From: Carpediemonas membranifera BICM
Lineage: Eukaryota; Protista; Fornicata
Assembly: GCA_019828565.1 (NCBI GenBank)
Contig: JAHDYR010000038.1
Location: 14,635-78,634, forward strand
Direction of reading: 5' to 3'
Length of the DNA: 64,000 nt
Positions 53,945 through 63,188 of this stretch are shown piece after piece. Within the stretch, counting starts at the first letter, position 1, and each line of letters opens with the position of its first letter. Made by a program: the position numbers and the translations under genes. The notes under the pieces are model-generated. The model was not told where the DNA came from, ran no database searches, and saw nothing but the letters and a program-made list of their open reading frames with translations.

Positions 53945-55018
53945 ATGGACCGATATCGCGCTAAGCATCGCCAAGCACCTCTCAAAGGGCAATCATCCGC
54001 TCGACAAGATCATCACCTGTTCATTTCACCATGGAACGATGAGCAGCTCCGCATCCTTGGCGATAATGCGCGAGTTCTTCAGCTGCTCGCCATGATGGTC
54101 CCTTGGATGCGGAGGATCCTGGCCTCGCCTGACTTTAACCCCGGGTGCAAGCCTACTAGCACCGAGAAGGACCTCCTCGGCAAAGAGCTCGAACAGGACG
54201 TGGATTCATCAAGAATCCTTCGTGAGATGTCCAATCGAGCGGCGTACAACAAAGCCCATGCCAAGATCATTCGTGATCTCGTTGAGTACCGGAACCGCGC
54301 AGCTCACAATGAGCTTGAGCCCGACACCCTGCCCAAGGTCCTGGAGCTGGTCGAGAGCTTGGCCCAGGCCTTCTCGGTTCCATTGCACGATAACGTCAGG
54401 GCGTTCATCGCGCTGCTTAAGTCGCCAGTGTCGCTCGTTGCGACAAGTGAACATCATGCTCTGACGAAGAAGGTCAGCATTCTTGAGGATGAGATTGAGA
54501 GGCTGCGTAGCGGCGGCCGTAAGACCATGCTCAGGCTGCCAGGTGTCAGGTCTCAGCCGGAGCCCACCACTTTGGAGCAGGCAACGATGACGACTACGGA
54601 CTTCGGAGACCAGAACGCTGTGGACAAGGAGATGATGACGGAGCCCATCAGTTTGGACGAGGAGATGATGACGGACCAGGATGAGCCGAGGCCCAGGCCC
54701 GAAGACACGGGCAAGACGCGCGGTACGCTCATGTCCCGCACACTGACTGCTAGCCAGGTGGACCAGCTAGCTATGGCCAGAACGCATGACCCCCCGCTTG
54801 TCCTGTCAGGACGTTGCATCGTGTGCGGGGGCTCATGCGAGACCTCAGAGTGGGCTTGCCGTCGTACCTCAACGACGACACCCAAAGATCCTTGCCGAAC
54901 GTTGATTCGGAAGGTTAGGACTGGGAATACTCGCGACGTCTCTGTCTACCTCACAGATGAGGCATTTGAGTGGGTCAAACGTCGCGATCAGACAGGCAAG
55001 AGAGCGAGACAGGAATAA
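53945..55018 (+). CDS. Swt1-like HEPN-domain protein with coiled-coil and C-terminal CxxC
   Basis: DSSRILREM...IRDLVEYRNRAAH (RxxxxH) followed by a helical LELVESLAQAF. Confidence 0.7.
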   Translation: MDRYRAKHRQAPLKGQSSARQDHHLFISPWNDEQLRILGDNARVLQLLAMMVPWMRRILASPDFNPGCKPTSTEKDLLGKELEQDVDSSRILREMSNRAAYNKAHAKIIRDLVEYRNRAAHNELEPDTLPKVLELVESLAQAFSVPLHDNVRAFIALLKSPVSLVATSEHHALTKKVSILEDEIERLRSGGRKTMLRLPGVRSQPEPTTLEQATMTTTDFGDQNAVDKEMMTEPISLDEEMMTDQDEPRPRPEDTGKTRGTLMSRTLTASQVDQLAMARTHDPPLVLSGRCIVCGGSCETSEWACRRTSTTTPKDPCRTLIRKVRTGNTRDVSVYLTDEAFEWVKRRDQTGKRARQE

Positions 55019-55039
55019 ATGAATGTATATGTGCATGTC

Positions 55040-55420
55040 TGGGCCTCAGCGCTGTCGTTCAGGCCAATCCACGTTTGTGGATCCGTGCAGTTTATGGCTT
55101 ATCGACCGGACATCTCCTGAACTGAGCGCCAGGGGGCGGAGGTGGCGTTGGCGTGGGGCGTGGAGGCGCTGGGGGCGGGGGTGGCGTTGATATTGGGCAA
55201 TCACATAAAGTGCACGGTGCTTGGAATTTCATTCCAACCTCAAAATGGCGGGAAAGCATTATTGGAAGGAACTAGTGGCAGCTATGCGGTTCTTTATACT
55301 GCAAAAGCAACCAGCTGTCGTCAAAAAGCGCGCCATCTACCATCAATAACCAACATCTGCGTTGCACTCCACTGTTCTCGGTCGTTAATGCACAAAATCA
55401 GTAAACAACATCAGAAAGGA
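55040..55420 (+). repeat. Dispersed repeat copy A (shorter)
   Basis: Near-identical to the core of copies B and C. Confidence 0.95.
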
Positions 55421-55452
55421 ACAAAAGATAGATACTATAGACGTCCGTTTAC

Positions 55453-56169
55453 CTATTCAGCCAGGCGCAGGTACTGACGCGCCGTCTCTCGGGCAGAAGA
55501 TATACCATGGAGGGATGCGTTCTGGGCAAGGCGCTTGAACGACACAACGAACAGCGGAAGTCGCTCCCACTCTCCTTGGGCCCAGTAGTGATGGTCGTAC
55601 TCGAGTGATAAATATTCGTAGGGGTGAATTGTTCGAACGCACACGAAGAAGAGAAGCGGGAGCAGTTTCGTCTCATCAGCAGCAACACGAACAAGAACGT
55701 GACCAATGTGGCACTGCACATTGGTCACGACCGGGTTGTCGTTGATGCGATGGACACCGATTGTTTCAGGGTTGGCGCTGACGCAAAACTGGGTTCCATC
55801 GATGAGGTAGTCGTAGTTACCATTTGACTGGCGCTCATGGATGACCTCACCAGCATAGACACCGACCAGAGAACCGACGTCGATTCGGTGCGACGAGATG
55901 ACCCCTTGGCCAACATCGGTGCCCATGAGGGACTTCTGTGGCTCAAGAAGGATCCCATCTGCGGTCTTAGCGATGCCGTTCTCAAGTAGTTCTTCGCCTG
56001 CATGCTCAGAGTCCGCCTTCTTGCCACCTGCACCGAGGAACTGCTCTCTATCCTCCTTAGAGAGCTTTTTCAGAGACATCAATTTCTCGTAATCATCTAA
56101 AGACATTGTAATGTTCTCCTCTTCCTCTGATCCATCTGTAGCAACATGCGGGATCATGATAGTGTGCAT
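55453..56169 (-). CDS. SET-domain methyltransferase 2 (paralog of 49747-50555)
   Basis: TDVGQGV...GSLVGVYAGEVI; IGVHRIND; EYLSLEYDHHYW. Confidence 0.8.
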   Translation of the reverse strand: MHTIMIPHVATDGSEEEENITMSLDDYEKLMSLKKLSKEDREQFLGAGGKKADSEHAGEELLENGIAKTADGILLEPQKSLMGTDVGQGVISSHRIDVGSLVGVYAGEVIHERQSNGNYDYLIDGTQFCVSANPETIGVHRINDNPVVTNVQCHIGHVLVRVAADETKLLPLLFFVCVRTIHPYEYLSLEYDHHYWAQGEWERLPLFVVSFKRLAQNASLHGISSARETARQYLRLAE

Positions 56170-56235
56170 TCCTGTTGTCACTCACAATTGCGAAACTCGC
56201 TCTCTGTTCCATAACCTGCACATCGGATTTGAACG

Positions 56236-56838
56236 ATGACGACAGACAGCCAACAGTGGATCGCATTTGAGCATCTTGCGGCTCTATACACCACTATAAA
56301 GCGTGGTAAGATAGAGACCGCAAGTCAATGCATCAACATGATCGAGGATTCCTGTGTGGAACGATTTGTGATGTTCTGGCTAACTACAGAGAACGCGGCG
56401 ACGATTTACAACGAGAAAACGGCTGCTCTGCAGGAGAGCTATGGAGACGGAGTTGTGCGGTGCTCGGGTACGGACAGCATCACGAGAACAATATCATCTT
56501 CCTCTCGTGGTGTCGAGCATGTATCGAGCATTGAGCGAGCATCAAGCGTCATGCAGCGTCACTTGGAGTTCCTGCATTGGGGCAAGATCGCCCTTTCCTG
56601 TAGCGGCAGGACGCTAGCTGACTTTGCGACTCAGCACTTCCCCTTCCGTGTCTCTGATATTGAACGCAAGATTGTCTTCGTGATGGTCACCGTTCCCAAT
56701 GAGTTCATGGTTTGGTATAAGGCGCTTGTTGACGAGAAGATCGATGAAGAAGAGTTTACCTACTACATCATTTATCGTCTTAACTCCAGCGCGAAGGATC
56801 ACATGGTTGTTAATGCCCTAACCTTCAAATATGAATGA
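56236..56838 (+). CDS. Hypothetical protein
   Basis: Intact 200-aa ATG ORF, divergent from SET2. Confidence 0.55.
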   Translation: MTTDSQQWIAFEHLAALYTTIKRGKIETASQCINMIEDSCVERFVMFWLTTENAATIYNEKTAALQESYGDGVVRCSGTDSITRTISSSSRGVEHVSSIERASSVMQRHLEFLHWGKIALSCSGRTLADFATQHFPFRVSDIERKIVFVMVTVPNEFMVWYKALVDEKIDEEEFTYYIIYRLNSSAKDHMVVNALTFKYE

Positions 56839-56857
56839 TCAGAGAGAGTGATGTGGT

Positions 56858-57320
56858 TAAATGGATTGCAAATGAGTCTTTTTAATGTCTCACCACCTGT
56901 TTGGGCCTCAGCGCTGTCGTTCAGGCCAATCCACGTTTGTGGATCCGTGCAGTTTATGGCTTATCGACCGGACATCTCCTGAACTGAGCGCCAGGGGGGC
57001 GGAGGTGGCGTTGGCGTGGGGCGTGGAGGCGCTGGGGGCGGGGGTGGCGTTGATATTGGGCAATTACATAAAGTGCACGGTGCTTGGAATTTCATTCCAA
57101 CCTCAAAATGGCGGGAAAGCATTATTGGAAGGAACTAGTGGCAGCTATGCGGTTCTTTATACTGCAAAAGCAACCAGCTGTCGTCAAAAGCGCGCCATCT
57201 ACCATCAATAACCAACATCTGCGTTGCACTCCACTGTTCTCGGTCGTTAATGCACAAAATCACTAAACAACATCAAAAGGACTGTTCATACGTTATTAAA
57301 CATTGCTTGCTACTTCTGTT
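56858..57320 (+). repeat. Dispersed repeat copy B (~463 bp)
   Basis: Differs from copy C only at homopolymer lengths, as far as I can see. Confidence 0.95.
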
Positions 57321-57328
57321 TCATCTTA

Positions 57329-58679
57329 TTGTCGTTTACAGCTGTGTTGTCCTCAACAAATGCCAAGATAGATCAACGAGGCGTTCGCGGCTTCCCGTTG
57401 AAGACTTGCCATTGCCAGAGAGAGTGCCATGCCTGGCACGTCTCTCTTCTTGTCTGCCGCGTGAAGGAATCGACCAGGCTGGATTCATGTGCAGCTTATG
57501 CAGCAATGGACACTCTGGAGTCAGAACTGCATTTGCAGCAGCTTATTGCTGCTATTGAGCTTACTTGTGGCCCTGTCCCATCAGAAAGAAACAACAGACA
57601 GGCCCGAAAGATCGCCGCGGTCATTTCTGGTGAGTTTGACAGAGCATTCGACCGTTTCTTGCGCGATCTCTTCGCCGACAGCCCGTCTATCATGAGAAGA
57701 GCTAGATCTCCTGGCGGAGATTCCCCAAGAGCCCATTGAAGATGTGCCTGTCGCGGTAGGAGAAACCGCCAAGCCTGCATCCAAGCTTCAGCCCAAGACC
57801 ACCAAGTCTGCGAAGAAGAAGGTGCAGACAAAGAAGCTGAGACAGCTGGCGCCGCGACGCGCTGGTACGCCTGCCCCGACACAACAGCAGGTCATCGTAC
57901 CACTCAAGAACCTCAGCCGCCAGGAAGAGACAAGCCTTGAAACGTGGATTCGCAGCGTGCCGAAAAACTCTGCCATTACCATCGATATCTCTGGGATGGA
58001 TGGTTTCAACGCCAGTGAGTCGACCCTTCACGAGCTGGAACACTCATTCCAGGAGAACAACGTCCGAGTTATTCGGGCCTGGATTGCTTACCAGCTTTGT
58101 CTCTACGACTGTTTGTCAAGCCAGAAGATTAAGTATAACGAAAACGTGGCCCCCAGCGACGCCCTGCTCTCAGTGGCTCTTCAGCAGCAGAGGATCTTTG
58201 TCCAGGCGAACAAGCAAGGTGCACTTTCCACACGCCTTAACATAACGAAGACCCCCTTCTACAACAACGTTGTGGAGCGTCTGAAAACTGATGGGTGAGA
58301 CAGAAAGCATGATGTCAAAGTTCCACAACATCATTGGTGTCATCATCATCCACTTCGCCGACTTCACTTCCTTGCTGAAGAACCGAATGATCCCGAAGGA
58401 TAACGATACAGTCAGGGGCTTGAGCACCCTCATTGTTCACAGTCATCTGTGCATGGTTTTACTCAACGGCGAAAGATATCCGTCCTGAGATCTACAATGC
58501 TCTGACGACAAGCAGTACATTCCCGCCAGACCTTATGGCGTTTTGCAAGAATGGCATTTGGTCTCGGACAAACCGCGGCGGTGACCCATGAGTCGCCCGA
58601 AAAGCAGAAGCATGCGGACAACACAATAGAGGATGATTCAGAGATCGAGACAAGTGGTAAGAGGGTGAGGACTGAGTAA
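57329..58679 (+). CDS. Hypothetical protein (probably one gene split by several 1-nt indels); start uncertain
   Basis: Consecutive ORF pieces 57329-57739, 57744-58298 and 58291-58488 join at C- and A-runs; likely stop TAA at 58677-58679. Confidence 0.45.
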
Positions 58680-59139
58680 ATGGATTGCAAATGAGTCTTT
58701 TTAATGTCTCACCACCTGTTTGGGCCTCAGCGCTGTCGTTCAGGCCAATCCACGTTTGTGGATCCGTGCAGTTTATGGCTTATCGACCGGACATCTCCTG
58801 AACTGAGCGCCAGGGGGCGGAGGTGGCGTTGGCGTGGGGCGTGGAGGCGCTGGGGGCGGGGGTGGCGTTGATATTGGGCAATTACATAAAGTGCACGGTG
58901 CTTGGAATTTCATTCCAACCTCAAAATGGCGGGAAAGCATTATTGGAAGGAACTAGTGGCAGCTATGCGGTTCTTTATACTGCAAAAGCAACCAGCTGTC
59001 GTCAAAAGCGCGCCATCTACCATCAATAACCAACATCTGCGTTGCACTCCACTGTTCTCGGTCGTTAATGCACAAAAATCACTAAACAACATCAAAAGGA
59101 CTGTTCATACGTTATTAAACATTGCTTGCTACTTCTGTT
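58677..59139 (+). repeat. Dispersed repeat copy C (~463 bp)
   Basis: Direct repeat of copy B, 1819 bp downstream. Confidence 0.95.
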
Positions 59140-59156
59140 ACATCTCCTTAGGACAT

Positions 59157-60561
59157 TTACTTCTGATTCTGTTTCTGCTCTCTCTTCTCCAGCACCTCTG
59201 CCATCTCGAGACCTGTCAGCAGCATTGATCTCATTCCTGCATCACAGAAAGTATCAATCTCTTTTCGTCCGCTCAATCATTGCAATAAACTGCCTGTGCA
59301 GTCTTCCGCGCACACCTTTTGCGCACTTATTAGTGCTCACCTGCCTGTATCCCTTGTGGCATGTGTCACAGCTGACGTTCTCGCGTCCATGAAGGTCTCT
59401 ACCACACACTATGCAGCGCCGATAGAAGACTTGACCCTCAAACCCTCGCTGACAGCAGTCGGTCAGTCTCTTTCGCTGAGCTGCAGACAGGGGTGACCTC
59501 TTCTGTATCATCTAACAGAAGCGGACTCGGCTTGGCGACGCATTCATGCACGCGCATGATGACCTTGAGCTTGTCAAGACATTCGGCAGCAGTGGGACGC
59601 TTCGCAGGGTCGAAGTGGAGCATCTGCATTGCCAGGTCGTACAGGCTGAGACAAGTAGGTGGCGTGGTGCCGCGAATCGGGAGCTCAGAGTTCACGTTGA
59701 CACACTCGAGGCAATCTTTGAAATGTGTCTGTGCCTGAGGTGACAACTGCAACTGCCCACCATAGAATTGGCACCAGTTCAGCAAGCTACCAAGCTTCAG
59801 CATCTTCTTCTTCTTCTTGTTGTCGATCTGCGCCATGTTTGCACCCATGTCAGTCACCTTCGCGGCAAAGGGGGACTTGGGGAGACCGTAAAAGAGCATC
59901 AAAATGACAATACCGCAAGAGTAAATGTCCGATGCAGGTGTCACGACATAAGAAGTGACGGAAAGAGCCCCCTGCCGTCATGCGCGCGAGCTTGGAGGTG
60001 TCGCGTGCAGCAGGAATCACTGAGCGCGAGACAAGGTACTCGTAGAAAAGCTCTGGGGGCAAATATCCATGGGTGCCGCGATACTCGGATGCGAATCTCA
60101 GTTGTATGGCCCACCTGTCGTCGCCATTAGCCGGCTTCCTCATTGCAGACCCAAAATCAATGAGGTATCCCTTCTGACTCTTGCTGAAGAGGAAGTTGTC
60201 TGGCTTAATATCGCAATGGACAACCCCGTGGTCATGCATGTAGCATACTGCCTGCAGCAGATGCGAAACATAGCGGAACTGCACGCTGGAGTGAGCCTTG
60301 CAGATGCCAGCGAAGGGGGTACAGTTGACCAAAGGAGCCATGAAGGCTGGATCACGGTCGACAAAACCTGTATCGACGACAGGGAGGACATGCGGACTGT
60401 CCTTGAGCGCTAGCAGGGTGGGAACCTCCATACCATAATGCTCATCAACTTTGATCACGACCTGCAGCTTTTTCAGGTTCAAAGTCGTGCAGATATTGTC
60501 TACTATTACCAGGTAAGGAAGTAAGTCGCTCCAGCTTGTCGCTATCTAGCTCGAACACCAT
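59157..60561 (-). CDS. Ser/Thr protein kinase (Cdc7-like motifs) with a C-terminal CxxC...CxxC finger; homopolymer frameshifts
   Basis: VVIK, HCDIKPDNFLF, GYLIDFG, RGTHGYLPPE, SDIYSCG, RPTAAECL; RCIVCG...CDTC. Confidence 0.85.
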
Positions 60562-60717
60562 GCACAGGTAGCTGTGTGAAATTCGGTCTTAAAGTGCATT
60601 TCGCGACAGCTAGCTGTGCGTCGCAACGAGAGAAGTAGCAGTAGAAAACAAGCCAGGACTGGCTTATGAATGGTGTTTATGGACATCAGCTATGCTCCAA
60701 TCATAAACTCTTCCTCT

Positions 60718-61959
60718 TTACAATGTCAGATGAAGGAAAAAGACGATACTGTCGGCAGTATCGCTCTCTGAGCGCTCCTCATCAATCACATTCTCTTGAA
60801 TCTCCCCATCACCATCTCTGCCCGCCACCTCCCCGCCATGCTCGTCGTGGTCGATCTTTGGTTCCTCATCGGCACTCTTGCATAAGTCCACCTCCTCACC
60901 AAAGGCGCCCTCCTCGCTCTCCTCGCGAGCTGGCACCTCGTAGTGCATCCACTCTGCCTGGTAAGCTGGCTCGTCGGACACCGCCTCCTCGTCAGTATCG
61001 CCCTCTCTCTCGCCCTCTGGCATCTCTGTCTCGCGAGTCAGCGAGCCGAACTCCGCCTCCTTGTCAGCCTCGCTCTGCCTCTCTTTCTTCTTAGTATCGT
61101 GAAGCTCGATCATTCTGGCCTTGAGCCTGTTGTAAAAGCCAGCCATCGAGCATCGGCGGCACCAGGTCGGCAGAGCTTGTGATCTCCGGGTTGAGATCAA
61201 AGATCGTCGGGCGCTGCAGGGTCGTCAGGTGGCTGTTTGCCAGCTGGTGGCGGAACTGATCATCGGTGAGGCTGATGCGCTTGTCCATAATGACCTTCCG
61301 AACCTTGGTCAAGTCTCTGGGCCTGCCAGTCCGTCTCTCTCTCTCAATCTCCCGCGTATTAAGCTGGTTGACATCGACATGCACCGGGGGCGCATAGCGA
61401 AGCTGGTTGACACTGAGCCCGACCTGCTTGAGAGCCTCCGAGAAGGTGCTCGGCGCTACATGAGACAGTGCGGATGAGGCCTTGGAGAATACTATCCAGG
61501 AAGCGAGCTCTTCGGGAAGCTGAAGAGCTCGCTCACTGATGTCAATATCGCGGGCGGAAATAGCTGTCATGCCCGTGTGGCTGATGATAAGAGCCAGCGC
61601 ATTGTAGGGGAAGACTAGTCGGACAATAGCTTCCGATGCGACAGGCTCAAACTGCCCAAGCGGCTTGACATTGTCTCTGCCGGAGTTTCGGAATGAGTTG
61701 ACGGCACTGAGAGTGACAGCAGCGGTTGCCTTGTTCAATGATGCAGCAAAAACCGGGCACAAGCGATCTAACATCCTCGGACCGGATCACGGAGAGCGCT
61801 TCGTCCTCGGTACTCCCTCGCTCACGTTGTACGAATTGAACGAACCGCGAAAGGTTGTTTTGCGACCGCTTTCCGGGAAGATTTCTTACTGATGGTGCAC
61901 AACCAAGCATTCTTCACAGCTTCCATGGTTGTTTCCATCTCCTGCGGGCTTCCTTCCAT
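60718..61959 (-). CDS. Protein with a divergent histone H2B-like segment and an acidic C-terminal tail (frameshifted; start uncertain)
   Basis: NSFRN / FEPVASEA.VRL / YN / TAISARDI / LPEELA occur in H2B order. Confidence 0.45.
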
Positions 61960-61960
61960 C

Positions 61961-62309
61961 GATATACGGATTTCAGACTTTCGTCATGCACAAAAAAATT
62001 CGAATCTCTCCAAATGCCCAAAACAGTGGTCAAACCGTGTTCAGGGGTACAAAAAGAGTGCCATAGGCACGTTCTTGCATTCAAAATATTCTAGAGGTCG
62101 TTCATAAATTCTCAGATGGCCAACAGTACGAAAGTCTGAAATCCATTTATCATGAGACCCGACAAATTTGAAATCCATTTATCGGGTGGATACATCACTG
62201 TAGAGGGTATTCATGGATATAGGTGCCTTTTTCGGTGCCGAGGGGAGTCAAAATTTGAGGTCGTGCAGGCAGAAAGTCTGAATTCCGTTTATCTCACCAC
62301 TGCTTAGTG
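61961..62309. repeat. Cluster of four AAAGTCTGAAATCCATTTATC-like motifs ending at a CAC terminus (candidate right end of the large transposon)
   Basis: Inverted copy at 61961-61984; direct copies at 62128-62151, 62169-62183 and 62272-62293; the minus strand from 62309 reads CACTAAGCAGTGG. Confidence 0.6.
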
Positions 62310-63188
62310 TTCATGGCAGACAACGGCTTCCTGGCGACGCCTGGGGTGTAAGGATTCGCTTGCCTCTGTGTTGTCGCATCAGCTTCGCTGAAAACGGGGG
62401 AACTGACCCGCGCATTCGCGCACTTTATGCTCGCAACGAGATTGAAATGGCGAACTTAAGAATAGAAAGAATACTGGCGGCTTTAACGTAGTAGGCATGT
62501 GCACAACATTAAGAATCATCAGTAAGCGGGCGCAGAGCATCATTAAAGCAACAATTATCCCTAAACAACATCAAGTACCATAAGTCCACCACGTCCATAC
62601 GATATGAACTATAAATGGAGCATAGATCAGTACAGATGATTTGAAAGTACCAGGCATGGCCAGAATACCGTAATTATCGTCCGTTGATCCACGTGACCTC
62701 CATCTTGGTCGGTATCCAGAGAACCTCCGTCAGACGCTTGCAACGGAACATTTAGGGGTGCATCCTGAATAGGGGCCAGATTTGAGGGACCCTTGGTCTG
62801 ACATGCCATGACCGAGTACTCTAGGGGCCTCCACAGTGCGTCCCGAGGTACGTTAGAGCACCACAGACCTTCCCCAAAAGCTGACTCCTGGACCCCTTGG
62901 CCGGAGCTCGCCGAAACGTGAAAATCGGCGATGATTTCTCCGTATAACTTCATAGGGGGTTATATGGGGCTCGTTTCAGCCGCAGATAACGTCTCTTGGC
63001 CATATTAAATTTGCGAAAGGCCCCGGCTCGCTGGCCGGACGATTTAATCAGCATCGGCGAGAATGGACGTGTGGGTAGGGCTAGGGGTGTGATGACGGCT
63101 GGTGGTAGTCACGGTGTGAGTGCTTACAAGCCGCAGGCGATATACATAAACTTTTTAGTAACCATTTAACGTCTCTTGGCGATATACG

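Noticed and set aside
55040-59139. Repeats as a CRISPR array, or as repeated small genes (MALAWGVEA...)
   Set aside because: The units are ~460 bp with kb-scale gene-containing spacers, there are no cas genes, and the ORFs lack ATG starts and shift frame between copies.
61091-61774. Tyrosine recombinase reading of GLSVNQLRY
   Set aside because: It lacks a convincing R...HxxR...Y set; the H2B-like match is more extensive.
40307-62309. Endogenous giant virus or Maverick/Polinton
   Set aside because: I recognise no capsid, packaging ATPase, pPolB, primase-helicase or rve integrase in the window; these could still lie outside it.
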